Source: Hyphochytrium catenoides
Lineage: Eukaryota > Protista > Hyphochytriomycota
Direction: 5' to 3'
Length of the DNA: 64,000 bases
NCBI GenBank assembly: GCA_900088475.1
Contig: FLMG01002562.1
Coordinates: 83,398-147,397, forward strand
This document shows, one piece after another, positions 1 to 11,704 of the stretch (positions are counted from its first letter, which is position 1; every line of letters starts with the position of its first letter). Position numbers and translations under genes: made by a program. Under the pieces are notes generated by a model. The model saw nothing but the letters and a program-made list of their open reading frames with translations. It was not told the DNA's origin and made no database searches.

Positions 1-61
1 GTTGTGCATCTGTGTCGCCTGGTCTGGCCGATGTCCTAATGTCCACGATCTCTCTGCACAG

Positions 62-3000
62 GTACTGGCGGGTTGATGGACACATCATCGGCTGTTCTTT
101 TGCCGTCAGAAGGCAGTTCCGCTGTTCTTCTTCCTTCTGAACCTCTGTCACAGCCGCCATGGGACACAGGTAAAGGGAAAGTATAGCAGAGATACCCTGC
201 AGTAGCAGAAAGGGGAGAAAGGAAGAAGTGGATAGAAACGAAGAGAAGCCTTGGTTACCAGCACCGAGCATTGCTACTGTCTTCTGCTTCTTGATTCCTT
301 CAAGCGACATATCTTGATCTTTATGGCTTTCAAATCCTTTGACCTATTGCTTACTAGGAACAGCCGCCACTACCCCTGCAGTCGCACCAATGGTGCCTCC
401 CCCTCCAGAGCTTGGCGGACCTATAGCTCCTGGTGAGTTGCTATCAAAGTGTTTTAGGAAGGAAGAGAAGAGATATGTTGAACGGGGAACTGAGAGAGAA
501 GTGCTGTTGATCTTTGGGCTTGCCGCCTCTCAGGTCTAACGTCCTCACGCTTGCGTAGATCCGTCACTTACTAGCGGGACCGAGCTGCCGCCGATGATCC
601 CAGTCCCCGCTTCCCTGCTCTCTGCTTCAACAGGAAGTCCGGTCCCTCTTACCACTCGACTTCCTTCAGTCACCTCTCCTGTCCTCCCAGCCTACTCCTC
701 GTCCACAATGTCCTCGTCGCTATTGCCATCACCAGTCACTGTCGCCCCTGCCAAAACAGGACAAGTAGGGGCAGCTGGACGAGGAGGAGGAGAGGTTATG
801 ATGAGAAGAGCCTTCGAGTACTTTAAGCAGCACTTGAAGATGGAGGACTATAAGAACCTTATCGACCAGTGCAAGATCCCAGGGGTAAATCTTAACTTAA
901 GCCCCTCAATTGCATTGGCCTCCCGTTCCTCTGGCTCCGCTCTATTGCTCTCATCTTGTTATCTCTCTTCCTCCACTATTTTTCCCTCCTCTTTCTCTCT
1001 CTCTCTCTTCTCCCTCTCCCTACCAGTTGTCTTTCGGAATCTTGCTTCGCCTACTTTGCTGCTCAATATCGCAAATCTTCCGTCAGAGAGACGGTTCTCT
1101 TCAGCACCACCAGCTCTTTTTCCCTTCCTCTCTTTCTCGCTTCCTTTAGTTTCCGGCACGTCTCTTCGCAGCCACGTCCAGCGTTATGTTCTGACGAATG
1201 TGACATGACGTCCTATCGCTCCCAGCCCATCTAAGTCTATCCCCTCTGTTTTCCACCACAGGTGGATAAGACAAGAGTTATCAAACAGCTAGTTCCAGTT
1301 GATATTTATAAGCGGGCCATCAACTATGCTAAGGTTGCTCTCCGTCCCTCTGATAATTTCTCTGGGTTTCTCTACCAGTCTAACAACATTGCCTCTGGCC
1401 TGCGTGATGCTCTTCTCTCTCTTCTACCTCCATTTATTCTCTTTGTGGCCCTGAAAGATGTTCCGCTAGAGCTCTTGACATCTGTCGACTGTGGTCTACA
1501 CTTATGGACTCGGAATCTATCGTTGCTTTCTTTCTCGTCCGAGATATTGGAAAGTCAATGCTGCTCGGCTCGCTGATGGCAACCTTTGCTGAGCCCCCAT
1601 CTCTGTTTTTGAGCTCTACTAACTTGTATGACCCATGTCCCATTTCACTTTCACTTCTCCCTCCTAAGGCTGCTGCAGGAGCGACACCTGCCAAGACCTC
1701 CGGGGCTGAGGCTCAAGCACAAGTAGATATGCTAGCAGAGAATATTGAGCATTCGGCCATATGCCAGACCCCAGACTGCAAGGTAGAGTAGAGTGGGCCG
1801 ACGGACAGACCGCACCTAGAACCTGCGACATGCAATGGGCAGAATGAGACACGACGACGACAGGGTGCACATCGACGTCATAAAGCTCAGTGTAGCAAAT
1901 CTCAACTGTTGCGTTGTCCAGCTCTCGGTTATCCTCGCTCTTCTCGAGCCTTCAGCCCCTGAAACCTCCGTTCTGGCCTGCTCTCAAATATCTGTTCCCC
2001 TTTCCCTGGTCTCGGCGGTCCTAGTATGGGAGTCACCTTCACCTCGTCCTCCTCCGTCTCGTCCTCAGGTCGTGCCTGAAGGCCTATGTTCAAAGATACG
2101 GGAATGGGTGCAGCACCGGCGGACGTGTGATATTCACCGATGCGACAAGTGCGCGAAAATTGACCGCATTATAAAAGTTCATCTCTCAAAGTTCTGCAAG
2201 AACAGATCAACTTGTCCTCTGTTATCTCTTAGGCCCCGAACTACGGCAGCGGTAAGATTCACTCATGACAAGAGTATGAGAGTACAGGGGCGGGGTTGGG
2301 GTGACGGCAGTGGGATTGGAAGCGATAGCGTAAGCCATGCGTCAGGGGACCGGCAGCCCGTGGGACAGCTTTGCGAAGGACTATCACTGAGTCCATTTCG
2401 TAGGCTCTGTCTACAGTACCACCGGCTGTGCCTACCCCGGCGGCACCACCCACAGCCCTTGCCGCGAAGCCCGCACCTTCGCAAGCTGCCCGTGGGACAG
2501 CAGTAACAGGTGAGAGGAACTTGTTGTGTCTTTGCCTCTCTCTTACGTCTACTCTTGTCCGTCAAAACGTGTGTCCTCCCTGCCTTCACGATCCACATAA
2601 GCAACCATGTTACTGTGATGGGTCCAATCTGGCTAATGGTGTGGTGCGTATTGCGTCCCTGTACCAGCCAAGCAAGGGGCGAAAGCAGCAGCTAAGGCCA
2701 GCGGTAGGCTGACTTCCTCACACTACCTCTCACTCACTCTCCATCAAGCGTGTACACTTTCGTTATGTCTTTCTTCCTTGTTCCTTTAGAGACTAATCTC
2801 GCCTTCAAGCTTTCTCTTTCCCTAGCTTCTGGGAGCTCCCTAGACTCAATTGCACCTGATATTGACTAGCTGTTAATGCTTTCCTGCTTATCCTCTAATT
2901 CTTGCCCTGGTCTTTGATCTCTTCGTGATCCGTCTTGCGCAGTCTGACCTCTTTGATCAGCAAAAGCAGGTTCTAAACAGGTGAAGACCAAGCAAGGAGC

Positions 3001-5519
3001 CAAGGCAAGCTCCGGATCAGGCGTGGCAGGCAAAAAAACAGCCGGAGCAACTGGGGCGAAAGGCGGGGCAAGCAACTCTGCAGCGGCAAAGAAGAAAGGT
3101 GAGCCTGCAAATGAAGCATGGCGGGGGTGTTCTTAGCCGGCTTGTACCATATGTTTCGGCTATGGAAATGTGCCTTTCTGAAGGCATGCAATTGAAGACT
3201 TCAATAGATAGATTTAGGTTCTTATTTCGTCACAACGTCGTGCTTGGACGGCGAAGTTGACATTGCTCTTGCTCTTCTCATAATCCACCTTACTGACCTC
3301 CTTTCACAGCTTATGCGGAACAAATGGCCGTACTGGGTACTAAGCTAGGCCACGCCAAACAATGCACTGCCCCTCTTGGAACATGCCCCGTTCCCGAGTG
3401 CGATAACTCAAAACTCCTTTTGCAGCACATGGAGCAATGCCAGGAGAGCAAGGAGGGAAAGGGGTGTAAGCAGAGACAAGGATGTCCAGGTAGAAATAGC
3501 TGTGGCCCCTCTTACTCTCAACCCCATGCTGACGCCCTTTCTTGTTAACTCTTTCGCGCCTATGTCTCCGTAGCATCCACCCTATTATTCAAGCATATAA
3601 ACTCCTGCAATCGGCCAAAGTGCCCTATATGTAGCGGCTACAGAGCTCAACTGGCTGGGGGTGGCGACGGCGCGGCAGCACCTCCGCAAGCCAGTGCCCC
3701 AACACCCCTTGCTAAGGCTGCACCAAAGGCGAGTGGGAAGCGGCCAGCACCAAAAAAGGAGAAAGAGGGAGGGCCCCCTAGGAAGAAAGCGAAGTCAGCA
3801 GCTGAGAAAAAAGCGGCAGCAGCTGCAAAAGCTTCGCCTACCCCAGGCCCTTCATCTCCAGATGCTGGATTGAAGGAGGCTGTGGAGAAGAAGAAAAGGA
3901 AGCCAAGCCATGTGATCGTCTTACCTCCACAAAAGGAAGAAGAGCAGAAGGAGGAAGAGAACAAAGACCTCCTCCCAATCTCTCCTGAAGAGGCCAAGAA
4001 CGCTTCAAATGTTTTGTCCTTTACTCCTGTTGACCTACAGCAGGAGAAGGGCAGGGTGCTAAAGGTCAGATTTGTGACACATCCTGCCGTACCACTCACG
4101 TCCTTCTCTCCCTTGTTTGGTCGTGTTCACCTCATAGTTTCCCTTGGCGGGACACTGAACCTTTCTATCATGATTTTTAGGTATCGAACTCTGCCCTTCT
4201 TCCTGCGAGGCGTCAGGAGTTGCTGTTAGCTGGAGTACTGAAGGAACGGTGGTTTCTCTGTAACGTCTTCGACGGATCTACCGTTATGACCAAAATAAGA
4301 GATGCTGCACTTGGAGCTGGACTGACCATCAAAGAGGGAGATGTTGCCAGTTGTGAGTACCTCTCAAGGGCAGCGCAGGTACTGACACAAGAGGCCGATG
4401 TGTAGAGGGCCCTTCCCATTCACTTTTATCCTTGCTGATGCCCATCGTAGGGTTGTAAGTGTTCAAGCCCCTTGTTTGTTCATTATGGGTCAATCAGTCC
4501 CAGAGTTTCTCCGCCTAACGACCCTTGCCTGCAAGGCATAAGAGGCAGTAGCTCTAGCCTCTGCCCTTCTGCTGTTAAATCTTACTGCATAGACTGACTC
4601 TTTCGTCTTTCGTTCTCTATTGTGTCTCTATTCTAGTCTCTTCCTTCTGATTCCGTGGCTCTATCTTTCTCTATCTTTAAGTCTCTTTCTCGCCTATTTC
4701 TCCTGTCTCTGACGCAATCAGCTGGTCTTCTTACCGTGGTCTACCTCTCATCCTCGTGAGCAGGACTATTTAATGGAGGTGATAGAGGAGCTGATCCCGA
4801 TCAGCAGGCTGAGGACTGGACACCATCTGCAGGACTTTCAACGGAGATTTCCCTCAGATTTTGAGTTTGCACCGTCCGCGTTGCCCTTGGAGGCGGTCAG
4901 CGCGTGTATGTCAGAGGACATCAAGGCCTCTGAAGAAGCCGATGCCAGCGTCAAGAGATCAATCTTAGAAGAGATAGAGACGGCCGAAAGATTAGCGCTA
5001 GAGGCAAAGAAGAAAAAGAAGCGAAAGAGCAAGCCCAAGCCAGAGGACGACGAAGACGGTCTCGTCAACGGTACAAGCAGTAGAGAAGCAACGATGGACA
5101 TCGTAGAATTAGCCAGAGCCGATTTGAAGGTTAAACTTGTTGCCAGAGCCAAAGGAGAGACAGTCGCCGGGTTGAGAGCTTCTCTTTTCCCCGAGAGGAG
5201 AGACACGCATACTATAGGAGCCGCCATTGATGGCCCTCCTTTAACTTCTGGCATAAGCTCCGTTGCACCCAGCGGAGAAGTGCAAAAGGGCGAGACAGGA
5301 CCTCCAACAGCCTTAGAAGCAGCTCTCTCTCTTCCCTCTGAGTCAAAAGAAGAGAAAGTCTCTGTTGATCACTCGTCGTCGTCGTCAGAAGCAAAGCCTA
5401 TCGCAATACTTCCCCAAGACTTTTTCGCCTGGACGGACAGCCATCGAGATGCACTAACAATGCAGCTGAACTACAAGCTGAGAGCGCTGGGTAATCAAAA
5501 GAAGAGTCTGGCGATGTGA
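62..5519 (+). CDS. TAF4: TAF4-like TFIID subunit with N-terminal RST-like helical domain and two TAZ zinc fingers (multi-exon; 5' end lies before the window)
   Basis: Exons join in frame through GT-AG introns from 62 to stop TGA at 5519. TAZ1: HSAICQTPDC..C / HRRTCDIHRCDKC / HLSKFCKNRSTC. TAZ2: HAKQCTAPLGTCPVPEC / HMEQC..C..C / HINSCNRPKCPIC. Exons 4181-4378 and 4764-5519 give VMTKIRDAALGAGLTIKEGDVASCEYLSRAAQDYLMEVIEELIPISRLR (TAF4-type histone fold), then a charged spacer and IAILPQDFFAW, resembling the TAF4 C-terminal conserved motif. Confidence 0.75.
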
Positions 5520-6047
5520 GAATTCATTGTTAATAGTTTGGCTAGGTAAATATATGTGTGTCGTCTTTTTTTCTTCCCTCTGGTTTGATTGTGCATGCAG
5601 CGAAGGGAAGATAGGAAAGGACTTTGTGGGGATAAGCAGGTATAGTACTATAGTGTAAGAGGAGAAGAGGAATGAGCTGCTCACCGCTCACCGCAGCGAG
5701 GGATAGCAAAAGAACAGCGAGACTCTGTCAGCAAGGCAAAAGTGAAGATGAAGGATAAGAGCTAGCCTTCTAACCCGCAGAAATGGAGGTCAGAAGCAGA
5801 GAGCCTTGCTTATAAGAAGGAGTGAGACAGGACTGAAGAGCTCTAGTCAGATAGGACTGCCACGCAAAGAGACGTAGGGAGGACAGCATTAACAATCGAA
5901 TTCGTGACATAGTATTAGCTCGATGACTATAAATAAATATACAGTGACGCCAGGTCACTGCTGCGGTGAGTTGGCAAACCCTTTGCCAGTGAAAGAAGCA
6001 GACAAAGAGACAGACAAAGACATAAAGATGACCAGCGAGGAGGAAAC

Positions 6048-7289
6048 TTATGCATAGTTGTGGCGACTGGCGTTCATGTCGCTGAGAACTTCATGGAGCC
6101 GCTTTGTAGCAAACTCCTTCATCCGCGGGGAAGCAGCGGGGTTAACGCCGAGAAGGTCTGTCCTTTCTGGTTGGGTCTCAGATAGGCACTGTCTCACCCA
6201 GGGGTGTTCTAAGAGTTGTACGGCCGTCATCCTCTGCGCCGGATCTTTATGCAGCAGTGATCGGATAACCGCCTTGGCACTCTCGCTAACATTTTTCCAT
6301 CGCGGCCCCTCAAAGGAGATTCTCCCTTCCCTGATCCTCTCCACAACGTCTTCCTCTGATGAGGTTCCGTCCAGGTCGAAAGGGTGCATTCCGCTCAGCA
6401 TCACATACAGACAACAGCCCACAGACCACATGTCAGAAGCTGGAGTGCATTCCCATTTGTCCTGCATCTCTGGCGGCCAGTAAGCCTTCGTCCCTGCTGT
6501 TGTCTCCTCCAGATGAGAGTTGTCCAAGAGATCATCCTCCTCCTCATCCTCAAGGCTCCAGCTGTCCCATTCTCTCCGTTCTTGTCTTGTTGGGAGCATG
6601 GTGGCACAGCCAAAGTCGATAATCTTGATCTGCCGCTTGCCCTGCTTCCTTAGGATCATCATATTCTCTGGTTTAAGATCGTTGTGCACCATACCGTGGC
6701 CATGTAGAAAGATTAAAGCTTTGCTGACATCCGTCAATACTGAAGCTGCTAGCTTCTCTGAAAATCGGCGATACGTATGCAGATAGTCAAAGACTGAGAT
6801 GCCGTTGACAAGGTCAGTGACGACGTAATAATGGTCTTCATCTTCAAAAGCCTCATGAAAAGAGATGATATTCTCATGCCCGCCCCAGGAAGAGATCTTC
6901 TTCAGGATAGAGACTTCCCGATGAACCTCTGCGTGAAGGGTATGGCGCCTTACTAGAGTCTTCACTGCTACAGAGGTACCGCTCGTCACGCTGGTGGCGC
7001 GGCGAACCACACCAAAGGAACCTTTACCAATTGCAGCGCCCAAAGAGTATGAATCCTGACCCTCGAGGAGCTGCTCTGGCTCAGAACGCACAGGCTTTGT
7101 GGGCGAAGAGTCAATAGCTTCAGTTCGAGGTACAGAGTTCCCGCCTTCGCTCTCACTTAGGCACAAAGCTGCAACCGCCAAAGACGCCAGTGCCCAAGGT
7201 CTAATGCGCCTTGAAGCATCTTCTGACGTTGCTCGGGGCCGTACTCTTGATGGCATCACCGCTTTATTATCCGCGATTCTAAGGGCCAC
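6048..7289 (-). CDS. Ser/Thr protein kinase, CaMK group, intronless; true start uncertain (ATG at 7256, or within the N-gap upstream)
   Basis: Motifs GKGSFG, VAVK, HNDLKPEN, IIDFG, GTKAYWPPE, DMWSVG and W.NVSESAK. The frame stays open upstream to the gap at 7336. Confidence 0.93.
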   Translation of the reverse strand: MALRIADNKAVMPSRVRPRATSEDASRRIRPWALASLAVAALCLSESEGGNSVPRTEAIDSSPTKPVRSEPEQLLEGQDSYSLGAAIGKGSFGVVRRATSVTSGTSVAVKTLVRRHTLHAEVHREVSILKKISSWGGHENIISFHEAFEDEDHYYVVTDLVNGISVFDYLHTYRRFSEKLAASVLTDVSKALIFLHGHGMVHNDLKPENMMILRKQGKRQIKIIDFGCATMLPTRQERREWDSWSLEDEEEDDLLDNSHLEETTAGTKAYWPPEMQDKWECTPASDMWSVGCCLYVMLSGMHPFDLDGTSSEEDVVERIREGRISFEGPRWKNVSESAKAVIRSLLHKDPAQRMTAVQLLEHPWVRQCLSETQPERTDLLGVNPAASPRMKEFATKRLHEVLSDMNASRHNYA

Positions 7290-7335
7290 AGCAGCGGCTC
7301 TTGTGGATGTAGAGAGAGTGCGAGGCCTGCAGACC

Positions 7336-7377
7336 NNNNNNNNNNNNNNNNNNNNNNNNNNNNNNNNNNNNNNNNNN
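7336..7377. other. Assembly gap (others at 47509-47528, 53057-53058, 59997-60103, 63191-63230)
   Basis: Runs of N; several are next to AG/CT microsatellites. Confidence 0.99.
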
Positions 7378-7687
7378 AATCGTTATCGACAACGTTTTCT
7401 GAAGCTCTAACGTCAGCTGCCTTGTCTTCCAGATGGAGATTTATAATAAGATCACTTTGCTGATTGCGGAGACTCTGTTTTCTCTCAGCTCCCCGATCTT
7501 CTACTGACAGGAGCTCAAGAGAGACAAGACGGAAGTCTGGAGCGCTGTTGATTGACCACAAGCGGAAGAAGAGCGTGACTCGGTGACAGAGAGCAACAGC
7601 ACAAGACAGAGGAGCAAGAACCGAGAGGAAAGACTGCAATAGAGGAGACGGCGAGATGAGAGGATGACTAGACGAGAGAGGGGGCGA

Positions 7688-7720
<33 letters not shown>

Positions 7721-7887
7721 AGACATGAGACAGGCATGGGGCTTTCTTGTGCGATGGTTTGGACGGAGTGAGCGCGAGAGAGCCAGTCCCTGTGCTTGTG
7801 CGTCTTGACCCCAATCTCCCCTTCTTTCTCTCCTCTCACTGTCTCGAGATCTTAGGTCTTTTAGACCTTTCGTCGTTACAAAGCTCA

Positions 7888-7921
<34 letters not shown>

Positions 7922-8025
7922 CCTCTCTCCCCTCAAGCCTAAGGTTGGCTAAGTTGTCCTCCCCTACCCTATTGTGGGTCCAGGAAGGGATGAGAAATCG
8001 GTCAAGAAACAGAGAGAGAGGGGGA

Positions 8026-8030
<5 letters not shown>

Positions 8031-8093
<63 letters not shown>
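8031..8093. repeat. (AG)n microsatellite, representative of many (e.g. ~7690-7718, 8850-8879, 53059-53093, 55540-55625, 57589-57670, 61395-61435, 63075-63256)
   Basis: Perfect dinucleotide runs seen directly. Confidence 0.98.
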
Positions 8094-8099
<6 letters not shown>

Positions 8100-8847
8100 A
8101 CGAGGTAGGAAGGCATGCATTGAAACTTTCATTCAAGCTTTCTTGTGAGCTTTTACCTTCCAGAATATATATATATTAATAAAGAAAGTGTGCTGTTTTA
8201 TGGTTTTGAGTACAAACCTGTCAGAATTTGCCCCTTTCTATCTTCAAAGATAAAATTTATTAGGACTATTCTGATAAAAAAGTACAAAACCTTTGTTAGG
8301 TAATTTTTCCCAGCGCAATGTTTCATAGCGGGGGTTGGGTCCCAAGATCTTGCCTTCCGTCTAAATAAAGGACGCATTTCTATTGCGGCAGGCTAGGCCA
8401 TAGACGTGACAGAGTGGGGGCCGTTAGGATCGTAGAGAGCCAAGGATTGGCCGTAAATAAAAAGACGGCAGAAGACCAAGGGACAGGAGTGTTTGCGGTT
8501 AAGGATTAGACACTTTGAGGCTTTACTTTGTTAGGTATTTCCATACGGCGGCGAAGGATAGAGAGGAGGTCGAACTAGAAGTAATAGACCTCTGAACCTC
8601 TAAAACCCAAATCCTAATCAGACAGAGCTATGAGAGATATATGACTGGTGAGATTAGCCCAAGCACAAAGTGTATAAGGTACAAGAGCGGTACAGACAGA
8701 GGACAAAGGAGACACGAGAAGGCCCCAAGAATCCGTTACAAGTCGTCTCAAACTGCCAAAAGCCGCCAAAATTTTCTTCCCCCTCTGAAAACCACTGTCG
8801 TGCCAAGCAAAATGTTGCCCTCTCTTTCTCGGGCTCCTTTCTCTCTT

Positions 8848-8882
<35 letters not shown>

Positions 8883-10291
8883 CTACTCCCAGGTGTTTCC
8901 TGTCTCTGTCTAGCTCTCGGTCTGTGTCTCTTGGCTCTCTGTCTCCATCTCTCGATGGATCTCAATCCACATCTTGCTCTTCTCAATCTTCAGTGGTCAA
9001 TGCCAGCCAATCATCGCTTCAAAGAATATCGTCCCTCAGATGACTGAAGTTTGCTTACTGAAAAGAGAGAGAGAGAAGAGACGAGGAGTAAGGAAAGAGA
9101 AGAGGAGTTAGTGTCGTCATTAGGCAGATTGTTATTGCGTCATCTGTAAGACTGGAGAGCGAGAGCCACATGAGCGTACTTCCCTCCTCGTCAGAAAGTT
9201 CCTGCTGGCGGTTACGGAGTGGTGAAAGCCTCTGATTGACAGCCTTTATGAGTGCCAAAGGAATGGCACTGAGACGCAAAGAGATACGCCTTGTACGTCT
9301 TCCAACATAGACCATCTGGGATGCCTTTGGAACAGTGCTCTGTCTTCCACCGCAACGATGTCCTCCACTTCTGACTCCCTCTAAAAAGCTAGGGCTTGCT
9401 AGGGCGGAAGAGGCTTTGCATGAAGTGCAGTGCAGTGGACGGTGCAGGATGATGCTGGACTGTTAGAGGGAGATCTTTCACCTGATTCTGAACCGCAAAA
9501 GGCTGGGATCAGCTCTTTGATCCAATATTGATCCAATGATCAAGGGCACTTGTCTGCAAGAAATTTCACTGGTTGGTTCTTCCCGACTGTTTTTCGTGCG
9601 TAGAGAAAAGATTAGATGGACCGAAAATAGAACGCTGGCATAGCTGCTGGCATGTTGTTGGGGAAGGAGAGGATGGTGTAGGGGCGACCATCTTTTGGGG
9701 CTGGCGAGCAGCAGAGGTACATAGCTCTATGCTGTAGGTATTATTAACCTGGGAGAGGCACATAGCTGCCTCTAGTGTCACAGGTTGCTACGGCCCGCTA
9801 CGCTATACATCTACAATGAGAAAGCAAAATGCGAAGAGCTTCCTGGCAAAGAGGGGCGAAGGCATGTGCCATGTCTGTCGTCTCCAGCATCCCTTGGTTG
9901 TTCCGCTCCCGGTGAGGCGCTAGCGCATCTGCCGAAGCGGCACCCAAAAAGGGCCAACCATCTTTCCTCCCAAAGAAGGATCTTTGCGTCAAGATAGCTC
10001 CGCTAACACGGCCCAGCAGGGCATTTTCTGGGATAGCGGGATTGTTCTGACCTTGGAGCCGGACAGCTTTACCCTTGAATATTGGACCTTGCTCTTCCTT
10101 GGATGTCACCATAAGCATTTAGCCCAAGTACACCTTCAAAGTATAAGCGAGCTTATAAAAGCTAGAGCCTGATGCTCTTGGTCGAGAGGGGAGGGCACTC
10201 GTGCACGTGCCTTTACCAACATAACATGAACAGATTCCACGATGCTGCCTATTGGGAAGTAAGATTGCTTGTACCTGGTAGCTTACTAATC

Positions 10292-11704
10292 TCATCGGAG
10301 GACAATGTGCTCTACCTCTCCTGCAGGAAGAGATAGAGCCGTCAGTTGTTTCTCTGCTCGCTCTTCCTTAGACTTCATCTTCTCGCGGTGCCATTGCTCT
10401 CTTCCTTCATCCTGCCACCGTTGCGTCCATGCAGAGTGAGAGGCTGTGCGTAGGACTACAGCTCTATATTGCCCAGGGTGAAGGCGCTGAAACAAAGAGA
10501 TCACGCCAACCTCTTCTATGCCACCTTCAGCTCCTTCGATTGTTCCATCCGATACCAGTAAGAACCCCGTCTGTCAAGAGGATACCAGAAGAGCAAGACA
10601 ACCAGTAAGCAGCACCCAGGGTTTAGAAAGAGGCACTAGGGGCATGTTGGCAATGAAAGTGGGAATAAGCAGCTCTGACTTGACAGACAAAGACGGTTCC
10701 CGTAGAGGAGTGTCAGAATTTTTTGAACCACGCACCAATAGAGAAGGGAAGCGGATAGCAGTTGAGAACATTGAGAAACGATGATGAAGTGGGCACTAGG
10801 CTGGCAAGATGGACGCTCTCATACCAAACCCAGTGCCCTCAAGTCCCATAGAGCGCAAGTATTCCAGGGACTGGTCAACCCGCTTAAAGGCTGGATGCCT
10901 TCCTTGAACTGATGACCCTCGCATTCTAGGCCCGCTACCAAGGTTTGCCTCTTCTCTTTGTCTTCATGTTCTCCTTCCGATTCCCCTTGTGAACCTTGTC
11001 TGCCTCTATAGAAGAGCAGATATAAGCCATAGACCTGTTCCGCCGTCAGCGTCATCTCTACAGATTGGAAGAGCAGAAGAGGGAACTTCTTCTTGGCAGC
11101 AGCGCAGACTAGGGCGTTCAAGGCTGGACAAAAATTGCTCCAGAAGGAGACCGGAATGATGTCTACCCAGGCAAGGTCTGTGACGCTCTCCACGACGAGA
11201 GAGTGAAGCTCCAAGTCGTCTAGCCCTTGTGTCCCTACAGCGATAAGAACCTTTGTATCAAGAGGTAGACGAAGAGAGAGCGCAGGGTAAGAGAGACACA
11301 ACTCTGGATTCTACTTCACCTAACCCGTATCCTCCGTGCGTCTCTCTCTTCTTTGCTCCTCCTCTTTTCCTCGACGTTTTCTGGTCAAAGGCGGCAACTT
11401 TCATCACTCTTCTCTCACCAATTGTCACCTCTTACTTCTCACGAGATTTGCCGTCGTTCCTCAATGGACTCCGTTCTCCTCTATGCCTTACCTTGGAAGC
11501 ATAACTTCTAGCAGACAGGCAAAGCTCTCGCAACTTCTTAAGACTATCGTCTACGTTAGAGGCCTTAGACTTGCGAAAGATCCTCGTGCCAACCACAATA
11601 GACTGATGAAAAGTATGAATGGAGGAGCGCGGTGAAACGCTCGCCAACTCTTCCATCTCTTTGGCCTCTTCTGGCGGGCTTCTTTGGGCTTGTCCGCTTG
11701 CCAT
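10292..11704 (-). CDS. Uncharacterised protein, about 305 aa, probable GT-A (GT2-like) fold; exons 11704-11492, 11250-10825, 10570-10292
   Basis: Two phase-0 GT-AG introns give a continuous ORF: MASGQ..IVVGTRIF..VLIAVG..IIPVSFWSNFCPALNALV..LLLFQSVE..TLVAGLECEGHQF..SPWNTCALWD..TGFLLVSDG..GGIEEVGVISL..EKMKSKEERAEKQL*. Confidence 0.8.

Noticed and set aside
3647-5254. Long antisense ORFs opposite TAF4 (similar ones lie opposite the kinase, ABHD and Piezo exons)
   Set aside because: Shadow ORFs of real coding exons.
8320-8480. Possible structured ncRNA (partially complementary ends)
   Set aside because: Pairing is weak, and I see no recognisable tRNA, snRNA, SRP or RNase P motif.
7501-9047. ORFs rich in ERERER or LSLSLS (also 54007-54764, 57339-57713, 62827-63108)
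   Set aside because: These are translations of (AG)n/(CT)n microsatellites in intergenic or intronic DNA, not genes.
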